Below are positions 36,399 through 49,471 of a DNA stretch of 64,000 nt, piece by piece. Source of the stretch: Psammoneis japonica. Its lineage: Eukaryota. The translations under genes and the position numbers were made by a program. The stretch lies in contig QPGO01000075.1 of NCBI GenBank assembly GCA_008632985.1, forward strand, positions 2,517 through 66,516. Reading direction: 5' to 3'. The notes under the pieces were generated by a model, which had not been told where the DNA came from, made no database searches, and was given only the letters and a program-made list of their open reading frames with translations. Each line of letters begins with the position of its first letter. The first letter of the stretch is position 1.

Positions 36399-39300
36399 TT
36401 AACGCTTCAACAGCAGGTGCTGTTCTTCCCTCGCCAATCCTCGACAGACCCTTTCAAGGTCGCTATACTGATAAAGATGACTGTTCCCTCGAGTATCGAC
36501 AAGGTTTTCTGGATTAGCCACGGCGGGACCAAGTGACACTCCCTGCCCTCGCAATATGTTTGCCAGAGCGTCCCGTCGCGATTCAGTTCTATACAATGTC
36601 TCCCCTGCAAATAGCTGTGTCGCAGCGATGGAGTAATCGGAAGGATGCCCGGAAAGGTCGTGAGCGAGACTGCGAAGCCACCTCTGTGAGCTACCCCATC
36701 GTTTTCCAAGCACCATCATATTCGACAGAAGCCCTGTAATGTGTTCGTCCAAAGCGGATCTCAGAATGCTCAAATGGCAAAGGCAGGTTTTGGTGGCCTT
36801 GTTGTCAGATTTATCCCAAAACAAACGTATCAAAGCATCTGCTTCTCTTTCGGATACTAGCAGCATTCTTCTGTCTGGAAAATATACGAACAAATCAATG
36901 AGGCGTAGGTATTGATTCAAAGAAGTAAGAGGGAAGCCAGACTGGCTTATGACCGACTTGAAATAATTTTCTGTCCCAAAAATGCGTTCGCACCATGCGT
37001 AACGCGACAATGAGGGAGGAGACACATGGGAAGCGACGAAGTCACCAAGGGAAGTTATATCAACGATGCCGGACAAGTCAGTCGGCGATGCCGCTTCAAG
37101 AACCGTTGCTTTCTCCCAGTTGGTTTCTCTGCAGGGACACATACGAGGTATTTCCACTTCTTTCTCCTCCTCGACCTCTCGTTCCAACTCGAGTTCTCTT
37201 TCGCATTCCGCGTCCATATCACCGTTGGCGTGAACAACGCTCTCTCCATAGCGCTGAGCTTGACAGGTAATACCTTCCATCAGCGACTTTTCCTTTGCTC
37301 CAACTTTCGACGAAGCTTCGCGTGCACGACGCTCATGGTAGTTTCGCGCTTTTTCAACAGCAACGGAAATGCTTACATCGCGAAAAGAACCGCCGTAGTA
37401 ATCCTCCAGGGAAAGCTTCTCATCTTCTAAAGATAGCTCGATGTTGCCTCGTGAAGAACAGAAAAAGAGGCCCTGATCAGCCCATGGAAGGAGACCTTCT
37501 GCATTGGCTTTCACAGTGTTCTGAAGCGTCCATTCGAGAACAACGCGAGGATTCACCTCCTTTGCGCGTCGTGCATCCATGATTTCTCTGAACAAGAACT
37601 CCGTCCCTGCGATGACAAGACTTTGACCATGCGCAAGCGATCGCATGCGTCCCGCCGCCTGCATAAGCTTGTCCTTGCACATTTTAGGCCCAATTGTCAA
37701 TAAAGCGGCGGCTGTCTTTCTCAGCTTGAGGTCTGATCCACGACAACGTGGCTCATCAAAGATGGCGAAAGCCTCTGATTCTTGAACCGGTGATTGATTC
37801 TTTGGGAGGAGCCTTCCCGAAGGCTCCAGCGCCATCCATTGTCCGTTGGGAGACCTATTGTCAAAAAACACCACCCCGGTCCACTGCAAGGCAGCGTTGC
37901 CCTTGCATAAGAGAATTATCTTGCGAGCTAGACCTTCATTGCTGAGTCCGGCAAGCAGCGCACCCGCATCAATGAAAGCTTGTGCGTTAGGATGGTCTTT
38001 AATCAGATTCATAATACTTTCAACGTTGTTGGAACCGCATAGAGACAAACAATCGGTGGTCTTGTTTATCAACAGTTCAAGCATTCGGCCATTTGTGGTG
38101 ATCAGAGACTGCCAGATTGCGTCCGCAGATTCGACGTCTGCAAAGTACTGCTTTACTTGTAAAGGAAGCAAGCGGTGGTTGTCATTCGTCCCAGAGAATC
38201 CAACAGTATGAATAGAATTGCCCGCAAGATGCCATGACGTCGCCGTGAGCCGTTGAGGATAGTACTGCATTTCTTCGGGAAACACAGAGGAGTTGAGCCA
38301 GAAATTGATGACTTCGATGTTCCGGCAATAATATTTCACCAGCAACCTCAGCTGCATTTGATTGGCCAAGTCGATTTTCTCAACACGGTTTAACGAAACT
38401 TGATCCTTCTCCTCCATACGACCTTTGCTCAAAGAGAACCACTGCTTGTAAATCTCACTCTGCACATTTCTCCCTAGGGAAAAAAGAGTGGAAAATGCGG
38501 CAACCAATTCTTCTCCACTCAAGCCGTCGTCATAGTAAGACAAGATTGTGAATACGATTGCGTAGTCAGGATGAGAGAACTCAGACCTGTTCGGGGATTT
38601 CGAATATTGTGCATGTATTAGTGGTGGCCACAGTGATGCAAAACAAGGACAGAAATAAAATTCTTCATTCTCACCTTAACGACGGGGTGTCCGCACCTCG
38701 GAATGGCACGCTTAGCTTCTTTTTCCCGGGCCTTGCAACTCCAAAGTCTACCCTGTGACGTTTTCGAAGGCAATGGATAAGTATTCCGCCTACTAGTAAG
38801 CCGCGAAGAGCAAGTACATCGCTCCGATGGCCGTCGCTTAATTCATTGATCCAGTCGCCGGGCTCATGCTCCCGAAGAATAGACACCATTATTGAATCCT
38901 TGCAGGCATGGTCGATTAACCATTCCAGTTCGTAAGGGGGGTTGGAGAAAACAGCCTCGGCGAGCGCACGATAAAAGTCGGGTATAATCCTTTCCATTGT
39001 GTTCTGCGACGATACTTGGAGAGTACGGAACGCCTCCACGGTTGTTTCCGGACCAAGCAATGCAAAATCACTGTGATTTTTCAACCAACGCGCAACGATC
39101 TGATCTTTATGAATCACATTAAGCAGGGCCTGGACTGGTCGCCAACGGTGGGCACCGCCCGGTAGCTCCTGCACAGAACCCACTGCATATATGAGTTGAA
39201 AACGATGATGCAGAAGTTCGTCGCTCTCGTCTAGAACATCGATCCATGAGCACTCCTGAACCTTTCTCAGCTCAATCGCCAGATTGTGCTCCTTCCCAAG

Positions 39301-42300
39301 TTCAAGTTCCTTTACTTTGAGGTCCAAGGACAAGCGGTGATCAGGGGCAACAATCACAAACCCAGAACTATCTTGACAGTGGCTCAACAAAGCCTGCATA
39401 GAAACGACTTTGTGGTTATTGAGCTGTACGTCACGGGAAAATGGCAATGTAACAAGTTTGAGATGGAAGACTGATGCAGAAAGTCTATGATGAAAAAAAT
39501 CACAGGCCTCTGAAAGCAGCTGGGGGAGGATGTTGATTCGTGGAACTGCTTTATTATTGCAGTGAAAAGCCCAATGAAGAATGAGCAAGGGGAGGATCAC
39601 ACTTGTAATAGGTAGATATGAAAGAAATGGTAAGAATGTCGTTGTATCTCGTATGCTGATCGAAAAGCGATCGCATCAGCGAACTCACCGTGTTTTCCCC
39701 ATACCCATGTTAAGTTGTACAATGTCACCTATGTTCTCGATAAGATGACGAGAAACCGCAGCTTGTTCCGGCCAAATCTGAATGCAGTGTTCAACTTCAA
39801 ATACCAACCAAGCCGGGAAATCGGATGCGCGCCAATTTCTGATCACGGCAAGCTCCTTGATAAAACCTTGCTTGTCGTGAATAAGTTCCGACAGACGCCC
39901 AACCTTGTCTTCGATAACGCAAAGGCGAAGCCACTCAATGATCCAAGGCTGAATAGTTCTCTCTTCATCGGTAGAAAAAGATGAGACAAATTCCAACAGC
40001 ACGTCGTGCCGCAACGCAGCAAAGAGTAGATCCCGAGCCGTTGCTCGTGGCTGCACTCCAGATAACCGCTTCAAGTCCACGCTTGACGGATTTTCAGTAC
40101 ATGCTGTATTATTCAAGGCGCTCAGTACATGGTCCTCAACAGCCTGTCGTGAGTGCGCGGTACTTTCATGTAACCCAGCAATATGAATTGCGATTTTATC
40201 AGGCTTGAACTCGCAAAAATCAGGTCGCTTCGATGTCTCCTTATGAATTTCCCAACTTGCGCGCTGCTCGGCGATAATGTCTGCCTCAAGCGGAGTTTTT
40301 GATTTTCCGGTAAGCGGAAAGTCGCATTGGGAATCTTGATCTTGACCTAGCTCAAGACTCCCGCGGAGCTCTTTGAGCGAATTCTCCAGCTGCGTACTAA
40401 CATCGGTTTGTCCCGGGAACGATGACATGGGGACGGAGGTGGCGGATCGACGTATTGGCCTATGTCCGCATTGTCCAAGTATCCTCTTTTCCTCACTTTC
40501 CGTCAGACAATTACGGTAATCTAGCACGCCAATTCCCAGGTCCAACAAGTATTTGTTCGATTCATCCGCACTAGCCTCACATGCTGTTCCATTGTATTCC
40601 GAGCGGTCATCACTGGAATGTAGAAAAGGAACGGATCCAGAGCTCTGGATGATTTCAGAACAGAGCAGCGAAAGAGTAGAATGTCTCCCTTTGCAAATAG
40701 CCCTCAATCTCGAAAGGGACGTCATTTCTTCTCTGGAGAGGACTCGAGAAACCCAACTCCCTCTGACAAGCTCGGTCGCTATCTCAAAACCAGTAAGCAA
40801 CGTATCACAATCAGGACTCTTAAAGCTCGTAGACGCATGCAACGCGGCAAGATGGAGTCTAGATGACACCGTAGACGACGACAGTGTTTGAAATCTCGGG
40901 TGAAGATCATACTTGTGCCAGCGACAACTTTCGTCGCAGTTCGTACTTGTTTTGATCACCGTCGAGCCAGACAACGGGGAGCGCTCAATCTCTCCATCCG
41001 CAACAAGGATGCTACTACAGCTCACCCCACCAGTTTTCGCCAACCCTTGTCGAATAACGAGATAACCTGTAAACCCAAAGAGACATCCGAAGAGCTGCTG
41101 GCAGTTTTTCAAAACGAATCCAGATAGCTCCGTACAATGAAAAATACCGTCACGGTAGGTAAAGTTGAGACCGTATCGGGGAAGTGAAACAGTAAGTATT
41201 GCTGGCTGTCCCACCAAGATGAAATGAATGAACTGGCGGTCTTCCAATTTCGCGAAGATGCGCGATAGGTCGGAATCATGGAGGACCAGCCGCGGGAACG
41301 ACACAATGGATTGGTCAATATCTCGCACGACCAGAATGTTGCTCCTGAGATGGTCAGGAACAACACGGCATTCGCCAACACACGACTTGCTTTCGAAAGA
41401 AAGATTCACGATAAAGTAGACTTCACGTTTGGAATAAAGCATCCCTCGAAGAAAAATAGTATTTTTTTCTCTGCAGAGCCAGTGACTATGCATCCTCTTG
41501 AGACGGGTAGGAAGCTCGTCTCCCCATCGCTGAATACCATCGGAGGTACCATCGAGCAGCTCCAACCGCTCTCCTTCTTGCGACGTCTCTGTGATGCAAA
41601 GGCTTTTGCCGTCGAAAGCAAAGTTATAAATAAAACCGCCAATACGTCGCACTGTCTCGTACTGCTCGTTCTTGCACACAACTTCAAAGTTCCTTTGTCC
41701 GAAAGTCCGTTGATACAAGTCATGCTCAAGGATTTCGGTAGGCAACGAAGATGGCGGAAGACCATTGACAAGCCCCGTGCCGGTGAGAACATTGATTGCA
41801 TAGTTACATCCATCGGAGCCTATACCAAAAAAGCTTGAAGATGATGATTCAAGTGGCTTCCACCGAAGACTATCGGGTACAACGTCGATTACAGCCCGGA
41901 TCGCATCAGTCAAAAAAGATTTCCTTCTTGTGACGACGTCGATGACATGAACAACGATTCTAGCGTTGATATTGTCGCATCTTCTTTCGATGCCGGCAAG
42001 TTCGCCACTAGCCTCCGCTCCTTCGATGCACAAATTCTTTCCAATGGCTCGACATTTAAGTGCAAGACCGGTGTCATTATCATTCATTGGGCCTTGTGTT
42101 GAGCAGAGAATCGATAGACTGAGTAGAAGTTTCTGTCGAATCCGAAAACTAGCGACGTCAGAGGATTGCTCTGTGGACTCAGCCTGACGACCGAAGTCTT
42201 GCGCCCATTGAAAAGCTGCGTCAGCTAATCGCCTTGAGATCACCTTCAGCTCGCCATGCTGCGCTATCTTCGGATCTCGGTCCCAACCGGCGAGAAACCC

Positions 42301-45300
42301 GGCGACATCCGCGACAATGTGTACCGATGAATAGCTACTTGGGCTGTCCTTTATTTCATCGACAAAATGGTCCAAGACAACTCTGAGTGCCGGTAGAAGC
42401 TCACCAAGGATCAGGTCACGCTTCCAGCAGAACAACACGTCGCCTTTAGAACTAACATTGAGCCTTCCGATATGAAATAGTGTCTGTTTGAGTAGGACGT
42501 GTACACAGTGGTGCTCAAGTGGAAGCGATCGGTCAAGAAGCGCCACAAGCACACTCCGCAGCTGCCTGTGTGGATAGCTCCTCATATTGCAGAAAGCTAG
42601 AAACTGCGTTTTTGATAGCCACGAAGGCCGCGTCTCCTGGCAGGCAAGAGCTCGATTTCCTCGTACAGGAGCATCATCCGCATTCTCCTCAAGCCGCATG
42701 GTCCACTGCAGAGACTTCCCATCTATTCCAAGCTTTTCGGTGAAGTATGAAATGACCCATTTCCGAGGAATTCGAAAAGGATCGAATGCTCCGCCATTCA
42801 TGGCACGATCGCACAAGAGGCTTCCACCAGTCCATTCCATACCAAATGTGACTGCGTCGGGAAACCACACGCCATTCTCCCTCGAAGACATGTTGTCAAC
42901 AGATGTCGGTCCAATTGTTTTTGGAATTACGTCAGCTAAACCTCTTGTTGAAACCAAAGCAACATCCCCTTGCGAACCCTGCCTCTTTTCTCGTGGAGAG
43001 TGAAAACAATAGTATTGGTTGCTGTTGTAGAAGTCCTTCAAGCACTCCCTGTTTGTAATCTGCAAGGCAGCAAAAACATCAACAACCTTTGTTCCGTCCG
43101 GCCCATCGCATTCGGCAACCCAAGGTCGTGGAACAAGCATTTGCTGAGCAGAAAAGCTAAGAGTTGATAGATCTCTGAGAATCGGCGGCATGTGAAGAAA
43201 GAATAGCCATACACGGGCCTTGGCCTCTTCTCTTGGCAGCGGCTGGCATACTGGCGGAGGAGCCTTGAGTGCGGCTTTTAGACTATTCTTGCGTGATGAA
43301 ACCTTCTGTTCGAGCGATCGTACTCTTGATTCACATCGGTCCAGTTCTGATCGTGAGGCGTATTTACTACCAGATCGCGCATAGTCGTACCTTTCTTGCG
43401 CATCGTTTCGGTCGACTTTAGCAGTGTCAAGCTGCCTAGTTAGGCTGGAAATTTCCGATCTGAGCCTGCGTGCTTCACGCTGCTTCCTCAACACTTCCTC
43501 CCAGTGCTTGTCCATTCGTTGATTTGCATCGTCCATTTCTGCCTTCAATAAATGCTGCAATTTGGTGTCGTTCTTTGCCCAAGCTCTAGCAAACTGATTG
43601 GTTGCATCTGGCGCACGCAATGAGAACAACTCAGTATTCTCTGAGTGGTGGTTCTCGTTGAGAAATGACGCGACTTCCGCAAGCGCCCTCCAACAAGTAC
43701 GGTCGTCAAGGACAAGATGTTCCAAGTCGCTAAATCGAAGCGCGACGCTGTATGTACCTATCCCCATCCCAGCAATCTCGCGCTTCAACGTGGAAAAAAC
43801 AAGACAGTATGCAATCCATACTACTAGCAGCTCTCGACTCCGTAATACAGAAATCATGAGGCCGGACGTATCCAAACGTTGAAAAAGGCTGCGGTACTCG
43901 TGCACCACATCAAGCAAGTTTGAGACTTCCAATTCACTTAGACAAGCGGCATCGAAACCATCGAGGGCTCTGTTCCAGAAAGTATTTTCTACCGCTCCAA
44001 GGCGGAGAAGTATCGTGTCCGAGTTATCCTTGCCTTTGAAGGGCGAAGATTTCAGGTATGCAAGAAGCTCTTTCAAGTCAAACTTGGAATTATGCGTAAA
44101 GACATGGTGTGGACCAATATTGTTTTTGATTCTGCTCTCAAAGCTACGTTCCTTGAGTGCTGGTCCAGGTGCTTCCTCTGGTAAATCAATCCTCGGTGAT
44201 CGGAAGGAGTTGGGGTTCCTCAAGAGGCTATCGACGTCCGGCAACAGAAAGCGATCTGCCTCGGCTCGCGCAAGTCGTTCAACGACTTTGTCGATGCGAT
44301 TCCTCAGATCGTTTGATGCATGAAAGACAGAATGAATGGTTGAGGCACCGATCTCATGTTCGTCTGCCTCCATGGAAACTACTTCAAGTATCCGAAATGC
44401 GACGTCAAGATCGGCCCTTACTTTCCAAGCCTTTTCGCCTGTGGCCTCGATACTATCCTCCTCTGCTCGCGTGACTCTATCGTCGAGGATGCGGAGATGG
44501 ACAGAGAGCATAAGCTTGATGAACAAGACCTTGTTGGTACAACCACATTGAGTGAGACACCAATCCAAAATGAACTTGGCTAGTGCATAACTCGTGTTGC
44601 GAGGCTCACCCCCCGTGTGGCGACCAACATCCGTGAATCCACCTTTGGGAGTAACATCATGGCAACCACACCTTGTTCCCATTGCACAGGGACAACGGAT
44701 TGCTTGAGTTGCAAGTGCGTGAACAAGAGTTGGTGTAAACTGGTGCCCCTGACGCCCACCTGCCGCAGTCCGGCGGTCTCCGTCACGTTCCTTTGCGGTA
44801 TCCAGCAACTGCTGAAACCGCTTCCAGAAGGCTTCCATCTTGTCTTCCTCGAGCGTTCCAGCAATGAGCATCTTGTAGTCCTCGGCGTTTGCTTCGTGTC
44901 GATATCCGTCTGAATCGTCATGATGTAAGAAGAACGAATGTCGGTCGAGGCCAATGATCGAAATGGTCCTGGTGAAAGGCATCTGGTGCTCTCCACGATG
45001 AGCAAAAAGTGCACTGCCATATTGGGGTAGCCAACGAACGTCAGGTCCATTGCCCTTCATCATGGAGATTGCTTTGTCAACAGCACGCATCTCATCGGCG
45101 GAGAAACCGGTAGTAGGCGGTTCCTTGTCCGAGACTCCTTGTTCGGGCGTTTCGTCGCCATCTCCGTTAGGCTAGGAAGGGCCATATTAAGCCAGGAATG
45201 TTAGCACAGTCGAATGACAAGCTTCCAAATAGAACTAAGTTGAACTTACCGCTAGGCCTTCGATGCACATAAGAAGCAACTTCACAAACTGCTTACACGA

Positions 45301-45718
45301 GTGAGCATCCTGCAAATGCAGAACGCTCCTGTTTGGCAACGCATACATGCTCTGGAGGAGCCGGTCCAATATCGCCGAGTCAAGAGTAAGCTTCATATTC
45401 ACTCAGATCTAAAGCCGTTAACTGTATTGTTGCAACAACAAGGTCGTCTTTGTTTATTCTGAAAAACGAAAAGCTTTGTTCACCTTTCGTGAACAAAGTG
45501 AGACTGCTACTGCATACCAACTTTCGCAAGGCGAGAAGAGAAAAATACCGGATCTGACATGGGAAGAAGAGCTTCAATAAAAAGATCATGTTCAATATGG
45601 GCATGGCGAAAATTTCAAAGGCCGTAGCACCGGTACAATAGCGCGTTCCTAACGCCCAACGTTGTACGCTTTCTTCCGTCGATCCAGACGAAGATTCTTG
45701 AGCTTCATTCTCGATCAT
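36399..45718 (-). CDS. Giant DUF3638/DUF3645-family protein (~2900+ aa) with a P-loop/SF2-like core; 5' end uncertain
   Basis: QLNMGMGKTRVILP, DVLDESDELL, LSVPFRGADTPSLRSEFSHPD, GFSGT, RGSDLKL and QAAGRMR. Introns at 45172-45249, 39602-39688 and 38587-38674. First exon(s) in 45250-45718 unresolved. Confidence 0.8.
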
Positions 45719-46980
45719 GTGTGGCTGAAAGATTCATGATCTGCATTAACTCATCCTCTATAAAACAGCAAAAAGATCCGACTGCCAATGGTCATGCATG
45801 CACATGGTTAAAAAGCCCGAATACCTCAAATGTGACGTGCAACATTGTGAGAACGAAACCCACCGAAGCGCTTGTAGCCGCGTTTCGATGAATGATACGA
45901 TTTTTGATGCATTAGGGCTACAAAGACTTGTATTCCAGCCAGTACAAAGATTGACTCCGCATCACAAACGAGAAGATACTCTGAACTTGCAGTAGCATGC
46001 AACAGCGCGAGCATCCTCTAAATGACAAGCGCCTCATACACAGTATAGCACCGCACTCAGCTTGCTTTAAGCGGCCTCTGCCATATCATAAGACTGCTTT
46101 TACGCTACATATGGATCATCCTGTAGCAACTACATGGGAAACAGTGTTAAAATAATCCGTACATCCATTTGAATCGCAGCGCGGCGACGTCATGGCCGCA
46201 TCGTCGCGTGCATGGATGGTGGAAAATCTGTCTATCAATTGTATTCATTGTTGAATAAACGTATATGCTCCAGAAATTCTTCACTTCAAAAACGGCGGCG
46301 TCTGCAGCCATGATCCATGATGTTCAGCTTCAGAGGTGGTCGGCGTTAGTAGTACAAAAAATCGCTGCACATCGCACCGATCACACCTTAAGCCATTTCG
46401 ATCAGACATCGTGAGAATAAGAAAAGATTTTTTCAACTCGACGCTGAAGGGAAAAAGACGATCTACATATAATATGACGATGAACCCTCATTCATCTTTT
46501 TGGTCGAGCATGATTGGCTTTTTCTCGTTCCTTTTTCAATTGGATTACGTGGAGGAAACTCAAGAGTTGTCAGAACCAACCCGTGATTGTGTTGCTGAAG
46601 AAAAAAATTCGGTCGCCACGGTGCCACGACAAAACCATGAATCATCGACCGAAAGTCATGCTGCCGCAGAAGAATCATTGATGCGTTCCAGGTCTAGGTG
46701 GGACCTCGCACTGCTGAACTGTGACATCGACAGTTTTTTGAATCACGTGTATGTCGCGAACGTAGATTTCTACGTGATTTTTTCGACATTTTGTGTCATT
46801 TTACGGTGCACTTGTTGAGCGATCCGTCCAACAACTTTTTACATTTTTTGTCACAGCGCGATTCTACAATGTCTTGTGAATCGCGCAGGGCGGGCACATT
46901 TGCAGAAACGTCGAGTGGCAAGAGGCACAATTGCACCACAAACTTGGCAGTTTATTTGATGTTGAAGACAAACACATCCA

Positions 46981-48558
46981 TTGGTTGAATTCTCGTGCTG
47001 CGGAGCTCGCACGCAGAATTCTGCGGGCCCAATGTCACACGGAGTCCCACCTGGGACTGGAACCCGTCCATTTCAGTTGTCGTCACAGGGGCAAGAATCA
47101 TCTGCTGACAATGCGAAAGAAAATTGTTCTCTGGAGACTTCTGACTTGTTGCACGCCGCTGACGATTCGTTAAGATCAGGGGCAGCGTCACAAAACATTG
47201 AAAACAAAAGCACTGATGATGACGAGAAAGTCTCACGCAGCAGCCGAGAATGCGATCAAGAAGCATCGGGGAGCCGAGAGCAAGCACAAGCGCGACTCTT
47301 GTCGGATCATAATCCATTGACTGAGCTCAACAAGCACGTCACAAAGCCCCGACTCAACTCAAGACAGCATGCGTTAAATTTTACGAGCCAAAGTTGCTGT
47401 TCACAGGGTGGGCGACACAATGGTGGAGGAGCGCGTTCTCACTGCCCCAAAAGGCCATCCACCACCTTTCAACAACGAAGGGTGATGCAGAAGTCGAGTT
47501 TTCATTTCGTGAGAGAGGAGCGGTCGGATGCCAGTTGTGGATGGTCTGTCAACAAGATTCATGTGGGTTCTTTTACGAATCGCGTTAGTGACAAGGATCA
47601 CACCGCAGCAAGAGTGGCCCAGGGCGGAAGCAAAGGCAAAGCATCTGCTTTGGCTTTGACCAAAGATGCGAGCAGGTCTGAGAAACGACACCATCAGCTT
47701 TTTGCCAAGGACGAGAAGGAGCCTTTTGAGAATCCCAAGATGTCCACTGGTGGAAAGCGGAGTGCGCCCGCGTCATCAAGAAACCCTTCAGCAAGTGCCG
47801 CGTCCCGTTCGACCAAAGACACTGGCAGGTCCGAGAAACAACACCGTCAGCTTTTTGCCAAGGATGAGAAGGAGCCTTTTGAGAATCCCAAGATGTCTGC
47901 CAGTAAAAAGCGGAGTGCGAGCGCGTCATCAAGAAACCCTTCAGCGAGCGCCGCATCCCGTTCGACCAAAGATGCTGGCAGGTCCGAGAAACGACACCGT
48001 CAGGTTTTTGCCAAGGATGAGAAGGAGCCTTTTGAGAATCCCAAGATGTCTGCCAGCAGAAAGTGGAGTGCACCCGCGTCATCAAGAAACCCTCCAGCGA
48101 GTGCCGCATCCCGGTCAACCAAAGATACGAGCAGGTCCGAGAAACGACACCGTCAGCTTTTTGCTGAGGACGAGAAAGCACCCGAGATGACCAATGGAAA
48201 GCGGGGTGCTCCCGCGTCATCAAGAAACCCTCCAACGATGAGCGCCAGAAGAAACCATCCACCAATCGACGTTTTGGACAGCAGTGATGACGATCGCCTC
48301 CAACCAAAGCACAAAAGAAGACCTTTTGCCGATGCTGAAGATGAGGCCATTTTAGCTGGCGTCAAAGAATGCGGTGAGGGGAACTGGAAAGCCATGAGAG
48401 TGTGTGGCCATGCCGTCTTGCACTCGCGCAGCACGGTCAACATCAAGGATCGCCATCGTGTTCTGAAGAAATGCGGGAAAACTGAGGGAATGGAAAACTT
48501 CCCGGATGAATGTGCAGATGCAATTGCTGATGAGACGCATCATGGCAGCAGTGAGTGA
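46981..48558 (+). pseudogene. Element-borne ORF with 51-aa repeats and a C-terminal telobox/TRF-type Myb domain, TpA-mutated
   Basis: RRPFADAEDEAILAGVKECGEGNWKAM...SRSTVNIKDRHRVL matches a TRF Myb pattern (FT..ED..L..GV..YG.G.W..I...R....KDRYR) after T->A, Y->C, I->M and Y->H changes. Start uncertain. Confidence 0.7.
47659..48230 (+). repeat. 153-bp coding tandem repeat, ~3.5 copies
   Basis: ACCAAAGA.. units start at 47659, 47812, 47965 and 48118. Confidence 0.95.
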
Positions 48559-48966
48559 ATCAATTGATGATCCGATTGCGATCTTGGTGTGGTGGGTCCA
48601 AGAACTGAAGATTCAACACAACTCTTGCGTCGTCATTTTAGTTTCTCAGCAGGACCATGGACTAAAATAATTTCATCCTTCCTCATCTTGTGAACAGTTG
48701 CACTGGTGGCGACATTCTCATGTTGCAGCCATGCCGTTGCTTGTCGTGTGCGACATGGGCGGCGACACCATTTTCACGTTTCTCATGGTGTGGTTGGGGG
48801 ATTGAGAGCTCCTCATCATTGCAATGAAGCCGCCAAATTCAGAAACCAAACAGACGCACCGGCATTGTCCACAGTTCTTAGCTGCGACAGGCTCTGCGGC
48901 ACAACAGCAGAGGGCATGGCAGCCCTCTGCTCTTCTCTGCTCTCCAGCTCTATCTGCTCCACTCTT

Positions 48967-48969
<3 letters not shown>

Positions 48970-48999
<30 letters not shown>
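48970..48999. repeat. (CT)n microsatellite
   Basis: Uninterrupted TC run of about 14 units. Confidence 0.9.
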
Positions 49000-49001
<2 letters not shown>

Positions 49002-49039
49002 TCTAGAGAGGAAGCAACGGTGTATGTGCTCATTTCTAT

Positions 49040-49471
49040 TGCCCCATGCATGCGCCAGGTGCTGAAAAAGAAGATGTGTTACGACTTTGTCGTTGTGAAA
49101 ATTATGAGCTAGTTTAGAGTAGAGAAAATGGGATCGTGCGAATAGGGAATCTTGCCAAATCCCTATTCGTTCGCATTTGGATCGTATTAAATCGATCGTG
49201 CGTTCGCATTGTGGATCGTGCGAATCAAGCCATCACGCGCCATGCACGAGTGATGTCATCGTGTGGAATCACGCTGCCATCGTGGGCCAGACGACGGGCT
49301 AGTGTGCTTCACACGGATGCTCTCTTAGCATCCTTCTGGAATTGCCTAAGACCTAGAGCCACGCCCTCCTGTGGTCGTGCTTCCCAGGTGCGTGTTAACA
49401 ACACCACGTTGCCACGCACAAGAGGCTCATGCACGGTCTCACCGTGTTGTCCAGCAGCGAGGCATGCTGCA
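49040..49471 (-). repeat. 3' LTR
   Basis: Colinear ungapped match to 53907-54338; adjacent to the PPT. Confidence 0.92.
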
